64,000 nt of DNA from Clostridia bacterium (GCA_036654095.1 JAVVSR010000002.1:65375-129374), one strand, 5' to 3'; shown: positions 43,105 through 52,123, numbered from the stretch's first letter. Numbers and translations: made by a program. Notes: generated by a model from the letters alone, not told the origin.

Positions 43105-44514
43105 TTAAATATTTTGTACAGCGCCAGTAAAAATAGGCACGTTATTTCGCATTATCGCATAAATAAATGGCTTGTCAAGCTCAAACTGTAATGTTTGATT
43201 TTGATTAAAGTGAACGTTTGTTGGAGCTTTGTCGTCAACTAACAACGAACCTGCATTTGCTCCCGATATGTCTAAAGAAATAAACGCTTTTGTGACAAAA
43301 TTTGATACATATAGATTACCCGCTGCAAAATTATTTAAGTTAGCTTTGTCAGCGCAAAAAATATCTGTAACACCGAAATTGCTTATTATTTTTTTCATAT
43401 CCTGATTAGAGGTAATTGAAAAAGTCGGAAATTTACAAACAAGATTACCATCAACAAGATTTTCTTGCAAACTAAATGTTGCAGCCTCTTGTAACAATCC
43501 TTTATTTAAAATATCCGAAATAGTATTGTTTCCATTTGGCTTTATCAAAACCAAATTATAATTGCCCAGCATATTTACTTTAGCCGATGTATAATTTGCG
43601 CTTTCATAAAACACTTTTCCTGTTGATTTATAAAGCAAGGCATTGGCAATTTTCGAACCTTCGTTAGGATGTGCGCTAAATTTTAAAGTTGTTTCTTCTA
43701 AATTACTCTTGTCCCAACTCGCCGAAAAATCTATTAGCGAAAATAATTTTAAAACAGATTCCATCTCGCCAATATCATTTTTTGTTCCAAACTTGCCGTC
43801 ACTGTTGTCACTGAGCCACGAGCGTATAGATTTTCCCATAACTGGTTTATTAAAGTTGCCATTAAAAATATCTGCTTTATAATTAATTGCTAATCTTTCA
43901 GCGGCAGGTTGGTTGTAATTTTTCAAGTTGTTAAACCAAGCGGAATTGTTTATAAGTAGACGCGCTTCATCAGTATTTTGGCAAAAGTAATTATAAATAA
44001 GTTTATATGTTTCGTCCGATTGCGCGCCAGCCCCTAAACAATCAACTAATTGTTGTTTTGTTTCGCCGTTGGCCATTTCCTGAAGAATACCAATCATAAA
44101 ATAAACAGCAAACGGTGAAAATACTGAATTATCTTCATTTGAAAGCAAGGTCGCTTCCGAAAGTTTGAACAGCGAATCGTTTAATCGAGCTTGCACAGTA
44201 TCATCTAGTTTAATGTTATTAGCTTGCAAATTTTTAGCATGCTGACTTCCGCTAATTTTAACCATATCGGTAGCGGTCGATATAGCAAAATCATTGTAGT
44301 TAATGTTCCGTCCTTTTATGCTTATAGCGACGCCTGTTATTGCCAAACAAATAATCAGCACGCTTGCAATGCTACTTGCCCAAAGTTTTTTACTTTTAAA
44401 TTTGTATTTATGTTCACGAGAATATGAAGTATCAACTGCTTGCTTTACACTTTCCTTTAGCATAACAGGCACTTCAATCTCGGATAATACACTTTTAAAA
44501 TCTTTATCGGTCAA
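43105..44514 (-). CDS. membrane-tethered serpin-domain protein in the anti-sigma position
   Basis: 469 aa: a 43-aa cytoplasmic N-terminus, one TM (LWASSIASVLIICLAITGVAISI), then a serpin fold (FSPFAVYFMIGILQEMANGETKQQL...FELDKPFIYAIMRNNVPIFTGAVQN). TTG start 8 nt after GGAGG and 4 nt after the sigma stop. Confidence 0.8.
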   Translation of the reverse strand: MTDKDFKSVLSEIEVPVMLKESVKQAVDTSYSREHKYKFKSKKLWASSIASVLIICLAITGVAISIKGRNINYNDFAISTATDMVKISGSQHAKNLQANNIKLDDTVQARLNDSLFKLSEATLLSNEDNSVFSPFAVYFMIGILQEMANGETKQQLVDCLGAGAQSDETYKLIYNYFCQNTDEARLLINNSAWFNNLKNYNQPAAERLAINYKADIFNGNFNKPVMGKSIRSWLSDNSDGKFGTKNDIGEMESVLKLFSLIDFSASWDKSNLEETTLKFSAHPNEGSKIANALLYKSTGKVFYESANYTSAKVNMLGNYNLVLIKPNGNNTISDILNKGLLQEAATFSLQENLVDGNLVCKFPTFSITSNQDMKKIISNFGVTDIFCADKANLNNFAAGNLYVSNFVTKAFISLDISGANAGSLLVDDKAPTNVHFNQNQTLQFELDKPFIYAIMRNNVPIFTGAVQNI

Positions 44515-44518
44515 CTTG

Positions 44519-44983
44519 CTACCTCCAGTCGTCTTTTAATTGCTCCCTAGCGCGCATCAATCTTGCCTTTACGTTTGATGGCGTTATTTTTAAATATTGC
44601 GAAATTTCCTTAACACTGTATCCATAATAATAATAAAGCAGTATAACCATTTTATACTTTTCAGGCAACGCTAATATCAATGGTAAATTGCTGTCAGGCA
44701 TTGACATTGCGGGATGATTTTCAATAAATTCATCGCCCACTTCTCGCTGTTTATACGCCTTCTTAATGTAATTTTTAGCAAGATTTTGTGTTACTTTAAT
44801 TATCCAAGCGCGCTCGTGTCGTTCGTCGTTAAAGTCGGGAGAATTGTAGCATAACTTTACAAAAAGTTCCTGCGTGATATCTTCGCTATCCGCAGCGTTT
44901 CGAGTAAATATGTAGGCTATCCGATACACTAAAGCATGATAGCTTTCATATAATGTCTCAAACTCCTTTACTTTGCCACTCAT
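44519..44983 (-). CDS. ECF-type RNA polymerase sigma factor
   Basis: Region 2 (DITQELFVKL...ERAWIIKVTQNLAKNYIKK) and region 4 (VKEISQYLKITPSNVKARLMRAREQL). ATG 44983 follows an AGAGGGA RBS; the ORF track starts at 45040. Confidence 0.88.
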   Translation of the reverse strand: MSGKVKEFETLYESYHALVYRIAYIFTRNAADSEDITQELFVKLCYNSPDFNDERHERAWIIKVTQNLAKNYIKKAYKQREVGDEFIENHPAMSMPDSNLPLILALPEKYKMVILLYYYYGYSVKEISQYLKITPSNVKARLMRAREQLKDDWR

Positions 44984-45371
44984 ATTCCCTCTACCATAAC
45001 AAACAGCGCTAAATCGTATATGGTTACATTTTATTTTCAATCCGCAAAAATCACGGCTTGAATTTAATCTTTTGTTTTTTATTTAACTTCATTGTAACAT
45101 TAATTTAAACAATATATCAAGTTTTTATTGTAAATTTTATAAACGGATTATTTTCAACTTTTTTTAAAAAATTTTCAATACATACTTAGATTGCAAATTT
45201 AGTTATAAATTCATATCGCTACTTTATTACCATATTTATTTTTATTTTTTTATTTTATAATTTTAAAGTTTTCGGTTTTCTGCTAATTTTACTAAATTTT
45301 TCATACTTCTTTTCCTTTTTTGCAATAAAAAAAGCACCAATTCATTTTGGTATTTGCGCTTACTCAAAAAG

Positions 45372-45474
45372 GAAAATCCTAATTCACTGCCTCAAAAAAA
45401 GCTCAAGAACAAAACCTTAAGCCGATTTTTTTAAAAAAGACAACGAAAAATCCTAATTCACTGCTTAAAAAAAG
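45372..45474. repeat. two direct copies of a ~30-bp element (GAAAATCCTAATTCACTGCYTYAAAAAAAG), period ~73 bp
   Basis: Copies at 45372..45400 and 45445..45474, read directly. They sit between an ECF sigma gene and the tRNA-Val terminator. Confidence 0.8.
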
Positions 45475-45475
45475 A

Positions 45476-45513
45476 ACAAAAAGAAAACCTAAGTAGAGGT
45501 TCTACTTAGGTTT
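45476..45513 (-). terminator. rho-independent terminator after tRNA-Val
   Basis: AACCTAAGTAGA-loop-TCTACTTAGGTT, followed on the minus strand by TTTTCTTTTT. Confidence 0.7.
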
Positions 45514-45517
45514 TATT

Positions 45518-45593
45518 TGGTGGACGATAACGGACTCGAACCGCTGACTTTCTCCACGTCAAGAAGACACTCTACCAGCTGAGTTAATCGTCC
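45518..45593 (-). tRNA. tRNA-Val(GAC)
   Basis: 76 nt, folded by hand. Acceptor GGACGAT/ATCGTCC plus ACCA, anticodon arm TCTTC-TTGACGT-GGAGA, T-loop GGTTCGAGTCC. Confidence 0.9.
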
Positions 45594-45717
45594 ATATTTT
45601 TTTACCTTCAAATATTTTAGCATACCTTTTACTTTTTGTAAATTATTTATCGTCCATTTTGCCTTATTTCGTATAAATATTTTTTTGTAGGTAATATTAA
45701 TGTAATGGAGGTATTTT

Positions 45718-46314
45718 ATGAAACTTTTAGAAAGCAAAACATATCTGAATTTAGCTAAGGCTTATGCCGGCGAATGTCAAGCACATATTCGCTACAAATT
45801 TATTGAGTACGGTGCGCGCAACGAGGGTTATGTTGCAATGGCCGAACTTGTGGACAAGGTGGTATACAATGAATTTAATCACGCGCGTATGTTGTATTCG
45901 TTTATTCAAACTGCCGACGAAAAAACTATTGAAAACATCGATATTTGTTCGGGCTATCCTTTCAAAGAAAAATGGAACCTTATTGACAACCTAAAGTTAT
46001 CGGCAGAAGATGAAAACAATGAAGCTACAAAAATCTATCCTGCTTACGAAAAAACTGCACGCGATGAAGGGTTTACAGATATTGCAAATTTATTTAAAAA
46101 TCTTATTCAAGTGGAAACCTGTCACAAAATGTTATTTGAGCAACTTCACTGTCAAATGAAAAGCGGTACGATGTACAAAAAACCAACTGCCGTAAAATGG
46201 AAGTGTGGTGGCTGTGGTTATGAAGCTACGTCCAAGGAAGCGTTTAAGGTTTGCCCTTTATGTCAAGCAAAGCAAGGTGTTGTAATGTTAAAAATCGAGG
46301 ACGCTGCAAACTAA
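45718..46314 (+). CDS. rbr: rubrerythrin
   Basis: 198 aa with an N-terminal diiron four-helix domain (E...EFNH, E..E.CH) and a C-terminal rubredoxin-like CGGCG...CPLC. GGAGGT RBS. Confidence 0.92.
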   Translation: MKLLESKTYLNLAKAYAGECQAHIRYKFIEYGARNEGYVAMAELVDKVVYNEFNHARMLYSFIQTADEKTIENIDICSGYPFKEKWNLIDNLKLSAEDENNEATKIYPAYEKTARDEGFTDIANLFKNLIQVETCHKMLFEQLHCQMKSGTMYKKPTAVKWKCGGCGYEATSKEAFKVCPLCQAKQGVVMLKIEDAAN

Positions 46315-46513
46315 AAATATATAATTTAAACATTTTATGTTTTACAAATGCACGTATTGCAAATTCAATATTGAATAATTATGTTAATTATTTTTAACAC
46401 TAAATTGCACCGTTTATAATCTTTTTGACGGTTTATAAAACTGCAAATTTTATTATTTAAAATATTGTGTTATTAACCATTATAAATTAAAAATTTAATT
46501 TTTGTTTGCAACA

Positions 46514-46571
46514 AATTCTCCGCGCTTAATAATTTCAAATGCGTACGCTTGATAAGCGCGGAGAATTTTTA
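46514..46571 (+). terminator. strong hairpin plus T-run, 200 nt downstream of rbr
   Basis: 15-bp stem AATTCTCCGCGCTTA / TAAGCGCGGAGAATT, a 24-nt loop, then TTTTA. Confidence 0.55.
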
Positions 46572-46612
46572 TATATATCAATATTTCGATAATATAAAAT
46601 GCACTTTTTTAC

Positions 46613-46640
46613 AAACTCGGCAGGTTAGTTGCCGAGTTTT
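46613..46640 (+). terminator. second hairpin plus T-rich tail
   Basis: AAACTCGGCA-GGTTAGT-TGCCGAGTTT followed by TGCTTTCGATTTTT. Confidence 0.5.
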
Positions 46641-46705
46641 GCTTTCGATTTTTACGCTTTCAATAAATTTGTCGAAATATTGCAAACATCAAACTTATTT
46701 ATAAT

Positions 46706-46734
46706 TTGACATTACATCATAAGTTTGTTATTAT
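46706..46734 (+). promoter_or_regulatory. candidate sigma-A promoter of the GH16 gene
   Basis: TTGACA, 17 nt spacer, TATTAT, ending 20 nt upstream of the ATG. Confidence 0.5.
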
Positions 46735-46753
46735 TAAATATTAGGAGAACATT

Positions 46754-47602
46754 ATGAAAAATATAAATAAAAAATTTGTCGCTTTAATAGCAATAGTTTT
46801 GTTACAAAGTGTACTGCTAATTGGTGTGCTTTCGGGTTGTAAAGACGATGAGAAACCTGTAGATACAAACTTAATTTTTAATGATGATTTTAACACTTTA
46901 GACACAAACACTTGGAATGTATACGATGAATTACGTCGTGGCGGATATTGGAAACCGCAACAAGTTTTTACCGATGATGGTAACCTCGTAATACGTACAT
47001 CAATAGTTGACGGCAATTACATAACAGGCGCGGTTGATACCGCGGGCAAAGTCGAACATACATTTGGATATTATGAGTCACGTTGTAAAGTTCCGAAAAC
47101 GCACGGAATTTGGGCGGCGTTTTGGATAATGTGCAACGGTATGGGGCTTAACAATCCCGACGCTACTATCGGCGGCGCAGAAATCGACATTTTTGAATCT
47201 CCATTTTATCCAACCAATTTATTTCAAGCGGCCATACATATCGGCGGTTACGGGGAAAATAAAATAGACTATTCGTTTTTGACTTTCAACCTTGAGAACA
47301 ATGGTATTGATGTTGACGATTTTTATACAGATTGGCACACCTTTGGTCTTGATTGGCAAGCCGACGGTTACAAATTTTATTATGACGACAACTTAATTTG
47401 GGAAACGAATTGCGACAACAATGTATCGACTGTCAACAGTTTTCTATTTTTATCGTGTGAAATAGCAGGCACAAATGCCGTTCCCGGTCAAAGTCCTTTC
47501 TTTGGCGGTGGTCACCCAAACAAAAATGACCCCGATGATATGCCAAAAGATTTTCTAATTGACTATGTCAGGATTTTCAAAACGAAGCCAATACATAAGT
47601 AG
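46754..47602 (+). CDS. glycoside hydrolase family 16 lipoprotein (beta-glucanase/laminarinase-like)
   Basis: Lipobox VLSGC and the GH16 catalytic motif EIDIFE. Confidence 0.85.
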   Translation: MKNINKKFVALIAIVLLQSVLLIGVLSGCKDDEKPVDTNLIFNDDFNTLDTNTWNVYDELRRGGYWKPQQVFTDDGNLVIRTSIVDGNYITGAVDTAGKVEHTFGYYESRCKVPKTHGIWAAFWIMCNGMGLNNPDATIGGAEIDIFESPFYPTNLFQAAIHIGGYGENKIDYSFLTFNLENNGIDVDDFYTDWHTFGLDWQADGYKFYYDDNLIWETNCDNNVSTVNSFLFLSCEIAGTNAVPGQSPFFGGGHPNKNDPDDMPKDFLIDYVRIFKTKPIHK

Positions 47603-47770
47603 AACTATTTATAAAAAATTTAAATGTGCTTACATTTTTAGATAATTATGTAAAAGAAATTAGTTTATTTGAACTATTTAAAAATTATGCAACTTAAACA
47701 CTTGTTTCGTATTTAAAGTTTATCGCGCAAACAGATGTTAAAATTCCTTTACAATATGGTTTAATAATAA

Positions 47771-47804
47771 AAAAGGCCCTTCCATTTTGGAAAGGCCTTT
47801 TATC
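47771..47804. terminator. bidirectional terminator between the convergent GH16 and WG-repeat genes
   Basis: AAAGGCCCTTCCA-TTT-TGGAAAGGCCTTT flanked by A and T runs. Confidence 0.7.
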
Positions 47805-47874
47805 TATCTTATATCATTAAATTAAAACAAAATAGTTTGTACTAGCCGTCTACCTAAACCATTTTCGCGCTAGT

Positions 47875-48861
47875 TTATTTCGACCAAAGCGTAGTCCCGT
47901 CAGGCGCAATAGTACCCCACTTGCCGCTTTCCTTAACCTTAGCTCTGCCATTTTCAAATGCCGTAGCTGCATCAAATTTACAGTCAATCACGCGCTCATT
48001 ATTTTTATTAATATATCCGCATTTTTCGTGTTCAAAAATCACAGCAAAGCCCTCGCTAAAACTCATAGCGCAGTCATACATCGGTTCGATTACATACTCG
48101 CCCGATGGATTAATAAAACCAAATAATTCGTTTACTTCAACACAAGCAAGCCCTTCCTTAAAATTGAAAACCTCATCGAACTTAGGCTCAATAACGGTGC
48201 GCAGACCATTGCTAAAGCCCCACTTTCCATTTTTTGTAATTTTACGCCATTCTTCAAGTGGCAATTCAACCTTGGGAAGTTTAGGTTCAAACACTTTTTG
48301 TTTGACATCTGGTTTTAATTGTCTTGAGTCGATTTTAGGAAGTTTTGGGTCAAACTTTGTATTTTTCGGTTCAGGACGTTTGTCAACGCGTGGTTTTTGT
48401 TCAGCCCGAGATTGTTCCACCTTAGGCTGTTTGATGTTAGCCCTATCTTGTTTGGAAATGGCATTTGCATTAATCACTGACTTATTTTCGCGTTGATTTG
48501 GCCGTATTGGCTCAACACTATCGACCTTTGCGACATCTAAACCCTCTTTTGGCGCGCCATCTCTCGACGTTTCATATACGGGTTGCGGCAACAGCTCAAT
48601 GCCTTTTTCGGCAATCTTAGCTTTGACATTAATCAAATGTTTTTTATTGAAAGTTTGCACACGGAACAATTCTCTCTCAGTGTGCTTTGCAATATCATAA
48701 ATGGTAACAAAGTTATTTTTTTTCAAAAGCTCAAGAGTATCTGGATACAAGCCAAGCTCCTCAATCGGTAACGCCAAAACTTCTTTATCACCCTTAACTT
48801 CTATTGGAAGACGATTGTTTGTATTACTGTGGGGACGGAAATGTTTTTTATTATTAGCCAT
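47875..48861 (-). CDS. protein with an RpoA-alpha-CTD-like helix-hairpin-helix domain, a K/P-rich linker and C-terminal WG (KWG) repeats
   Basis: IEELGLYPDTLELLKKNNFVTIYDIAKHTERELFRVQTFNKKHLINVKAKIAEKGIEL aligns by eye to alpha-CTD. The C-terminus has GKWGF..., FGFINPSGEYVIEPMYD, CGYINKNNERVIDCKFD and GKWGTIAPDG. ATG 48861 follows a GAGGT RBS. Confidence 0.65.
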   Translation of the reverse strand: MANNKKHFRPHSNTNNRLPIEVKGDKEVLALPIEELGLYPDTLELLKKNNFVTIYDIAKHTERELFRVQTFNKKHLINVKAKIAEKGIELLPQPVYETSRDGAPKEGLDVAKVDSVEPIRPNQRENKSVINANAISKQDRANIKQPKVEQSRAEQKPRVDKRPEPKNTKFDPKLPKIDSRQLKPDVKQKVFEPKLPKVELPLEEWRKITKNGKWGFSNGLRTVIEPKFDEVFNFKEGLACVEVNELFGFINPSGEYVIEPMYDCAMSFSEGFAVIFEHEKCGYINKNNERVIDCKFDAATAFENGRAKVKESGKWGTIAPDGTTLWSK

Positions 48862-49225
48862 AAAATACCTCGAAACTATTTTAGCACACAACTTATATAT
48901 TTACAACTGCTTAACAACGCTTTTATATATATTGACTTATTTTCTTTTAACATATATAATGATAAATGTAAATTTGTATATAAAAAACAATAAATTTAAG
49001 TTTAAAAAAGCAAGTAATTAACCTTTACCAAGGGGCTTATTGGTTAATAAAAAAATGTAATTAAATGTTAATGTCATCAAATATCGATGTATATTTGTGT
49101 GCAGAAAACTTGTATTTTAAAATTATTATATCGTTATAATTGTTAAAATTTGAATATAAATATCTAATTAAAAATAAGTAATTTATTAAAAAAACACAAA
49201 ATACTAAATTATTTGAGGATACCTA

Positions 49226-51733
49226 ATGAAAAAGTTTTGTTTGCCGTTTATGATAATAGCCTTAGCAATTACGCTTGCACTAAGCGGTGGCGTTGCCTGC
49301 GCAACCGAAACGGACGAGGGATATACATTGATTACGCCAAACGCAAATAACTACTTGTATTTGTTAAGCCCTGAAATAATTGCTATTTACGGCAACCAAA
49401 TAGTTGTATATGACCGCAGTGACAACAGCATAAATCTTGCAGGCACAGTGTCTAAAAAAATTAATCTAACATTTAAAGAAGCCGATGAATTCGTGACAGA
49501 TATGGCACTTAACGGCAATAATTTATATGTTTTAACTTGCTATTCTACATTATTGCGCTACGATATTAATTTGGGTGTCTTAACAAATCAAACCATTTCA
49601 GATACTATTCAGAGTATAGATATTGACAACAATTTTTTGTATTTGTATGACGGCTTGCGAACTATAATTTCATACGACTACACAACTTCAGCGCATACAT
49701 CTGCAACGGATATTAAAAACAAAATTGTTGGCACTAAGGATATTGTAATATACAATAACACTGCCTATTGTTTAAAATGGAGTGGAGAAATCTACTCATT
49801 TAATTTATTGGATAAAACTTCTACACTTTTGTACGATGGTCACAAACTGGCAACTTTATCAATAATTTTTGACGGCGCCAATCCGCAACTACTTTGTTCC
49901 GATTTAAATGAAAAATCTTATCTGCACAAAATTAATATTGATGGAAGTTATATTTTGGGCGAATCAATAGTCAATGTATTTGAAAGTAATGCCCACTTAA
50001 AGGCGGTCACTTCTGACGGTACAAATATCGCTGTTTTAGATGGCGAAGATAAAGCGGTTTTAAAGCTAACCACCTCTTATGCCGTCATTGATATTTATGG
50101 CTGTTCAAGCGCGCGTCAGGGTTGGTTTAATAATCCCACAGCCATACTGCCTGCAAACCTCGACAACTCGCGCGGCCAACTTGTTTTAGATAGTGGCAAT
50201 GCGCGTGTGGTTCATTTAAAATACAATTCCAATGGCGACATTGAAAGTACATTTCATATTCCGTATAATCAAGCAATTAATACAAAACTTTTAGGGTTTG
50301 GCAACTATCAAGTTTATATAGCCGACGAAAGCAACATTTACTATCACGGCAACGACTTAACTAAAGCATTTAAAGTTTCTACCAACTATAAAATTAAAGA
50401 TATGGCTGTAAACGACTTTTCCATATATGTTTTAGATGATAAGACCGACACTATTTTCAAGTCAGATATGGCCAATAAGGGTAGCTTTAGCATGTTGGCG
50501 CTTGCGCCAGACGCTATTTCAATAAAAGTTGCCGACAATATAAACTCCCCTGTTTATGTTATGACAAGTAAAGGTATTTCAGTTTTAACTTCGGTAGGCA
50601 AGCTAGCTGCTGAAATTAATTTTGAGGCAGAAGGCCTGCAAAACGTAACCGATTTCAATATTGATTATGTTGGAAACATTATGATTTCAAGCAAACAAAA
50701 TAATAAAATTACGCTTTCTTATTTTTCGCGTTCGCTGTCAACGTTCACTAAGGTTTCAACATTTTCATATTCAAACGCGCAATATCAAATTGACGAAATT
50801 TCGGCATTTTGCATAAACAATATGCACGACGGTATAAACAGTTTTGCCTTGTCATCAAACAAAAATATGCTTATTCGTTTTGACAACACTAAAAATTTTA
50901 ACACTATCAATAAAATGAACTTTAAGCCCTCTTCGGCTGTAAATTTACAATCAATAGTTTCACCTTCCGAAAGTAGCTTTTACACGGTGTCTAACTGCCT
51001 GCTCTATACCTACAATAACAATTTTAACATTGTAGAAAACTGTTTAATTAATGGCGCAAAAGTTGTTGGGTTTGCTCCATTTAGCTCGCAAAATATGATG
51101 TACGTTATGACCGACGACAATAAGTTTGGGTATATTGAAACAGCTAAAACTACGCCAATTAATAGCTCAACGACATCGCCAACTACTATACGCGCGTTAC
51201 ATGACACGGTCAATGCGTATTCATTTCCTAGCGCGTTTGCAAACTCTGTTACGCTAGATAAAAGCACTATCATGACGATTACTGATAATGCTGCCAACTT
51301 TAACAATGGTTACGCGTGGTACAAGGTAAACTACACTGAAAATGAACAAGTCAAAACCGCATACGTAATGCGCACCCGAGTTGTTGAGTTTTTGCCAACA
51401 AGCGAAGTTGACAAACCAAAGTTTATAAAAGTAAAATCCAGTAGAATTGGCGCAAAGGTAAATGTATATTCGCTAGCTGACGAGCAATCTGCAATTATTA
51501 CAACCTTAACAGATGGAACAAAAGTTCAAGTACTTTCGCCGTCCAACGCGGAAAGCTTGTATACGCTAATTAAAGTTGGCGATACAGTTGGGTACATTTT
51601 GACAAGTGATATTTTTGAAAGCAACGGCCTAACTAGTGGTCAAATAGTTGCTATATTGCTTGCTGGTTTTACGATTGTAATTACCACTCTATATTTTATA
51701 ATTAGCAAGCGAAATCGTAGGCAAAGCAACTAG
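49226..51733 (+). CDS. large surface protein: signal peptide, NHL-like beta-propeller repeats, SH3b-like domains, C-terminal TM anchor
   Basis: 835 aa. Recurring blade-like motifs (NLYVLT, FLYLYD, LVLDSGNARVVHL, VYIADE, SIYVLDD, VYVMTS), an SH3_3-like segment (TDGTKVQVLSPSNAESLYTLIKVGDTVGYI) and the terminal IVAILLAGFTIVITTLYFIISKRNRR. Confidence 0.55.
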   Translation: MKKFCLPFMIIALAITLALSGGVACATETDEGYTLITPNANNYLYLLSPEIIAIYGNQIVVYDRSDNSINLAGTVSKKINLTFKEADEFVTDMALNGNNLYVLTCYSTLLRYDINLGVLTNQTISDTIQSIDIDNNFLYLYDGLRTIISYDYTTSAHTSATDIKNKIVGTKDIVIYNNTAYCLKWSGEIYSFNLLDKTSTLLYDGHKLATLSIIFDGANPQLLCSDLNEKSYLHKINIDGSYILGESIVNVFESNAHLKAVTSDGTNIAVLDGEDKAVLKLTTSYAVIDIYGCSSARQGWFNNPTAILPANLDNSRGQLVLDSGNARVVHLKYNSNGDIESTFHIPYNQAINTKLLGFGNYQVYIADESNIYYHGNDLTKAFKVSTNYKIKDMAVNDFSIYVLDDKTDTIFKSDMANKGSFSMLALAPDAISIKVADNINSPVYVMTSKGISVLTSVGKLAAEINFEAEGLQNVTDFNIDYVGNIMISSKQNNKITLSYFSRSLSTFTKVSTFSYSNAQYQIDEISAFCINNMHDGINSFALSSNKNMLIRFDNTKNFNTINKMNFKPSSAVNLQSIVSPSESSFYTVSNCLLYTYNNNFNIVENCLINGAKVVGFAPFSSQNMMYVMTDDNKFGYIETAKTTPINSSTTSPTTIRALHDTVNAYSFPSAFANSVTLDKSTIMTITDNAANFNNGYAWYKVNYTENEQVKTAYVMRTRVVEFLPTSEVDKPKFIKVKSSRIGAKVNVYSLADEQSAIITTLTDGTKVQVLSPSNAESLYTLIKVGDTVGYILTSDIFESNGLTSGQIVAILLAGFTIVITTLYFIISKRNRRQSN

Positions 51734-52000
51734 CGGTGAATTTTTAAAAGTTAGATTGAGTTATTTTCTTGCAAGCTTAAGTGTGTTAGTATTGCGAAAA
51801 TATACTTTTGATTTTACGCCGAATGAATAACGTTTATATTAAGCGCAAAATCGTATCATAAATAATGCGGCTAATTTTAAAGTTATAGCTAATTTTAAAG
51901 TTATCGTAAACAAAAGTTGAAAATATCAAAATTAATGTTATTTTAACCTTAAAACACTTGCGTTTATTTGATGTTTTGATTATAATAAATAAGCTTATAA

Positions 52001-52077
52001 CTGGGTATGGCGCAGTTTGGTAGCGCGCTTGAATGGGGTTCAAGAGGCCGGAAGTTCAAATCTTCTTACCCAGACCA
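52001..52077 (+). tRNA. tRNA-Pro(GGG)
   Basis: 77 nt, folded by hand. Acceptor CTGGGTA/TACCCAG plus ACCA, anticodon arm CTTGA-ATGGGGT-TCAAG, T-loop AGTTCAAATCT. Confidence 0.88.
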
Positions 52078-52081
52078 TTAA

Positions 52082-52123
52082 AATGTCGATAACACTTTAA
52101 CTCGGTGTTATCGACATTTTTTG
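52082..52123 (+). terminator. rho-independent terminator after tRNA-Pro
   Basis: 14-bp stem AATGTCGATAACAC / GTGTTATCGACATT followed by TTTTTG. Confidence 0.75.

Noticed and set aside
45639-45649. Palindrome TAAAT-T-ATTTA upstream of rbr as a PerR/Fur-family box; also the CTACGT-ATTA-ACGTAG palindrome at 6379..6394 before the SulP start.
   Set aside because: These are short AT-rich palindromes, expected by chance at this composition. They do not match the 7-1-7 Fur/PerR consensus well, and no supporting second site was seen at dfx.
45518-52077. The region between tRNA-Val and tRNA-Pro (rbr, GH16, WG protein, NHL/SH3b protein) as an integrated genomic island.
   Set aside because: No integrase, recombinase or phage genes are present. 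I could find no direct repeat of either tRNA 3' end, and no obvious compositional break is visible by eye.
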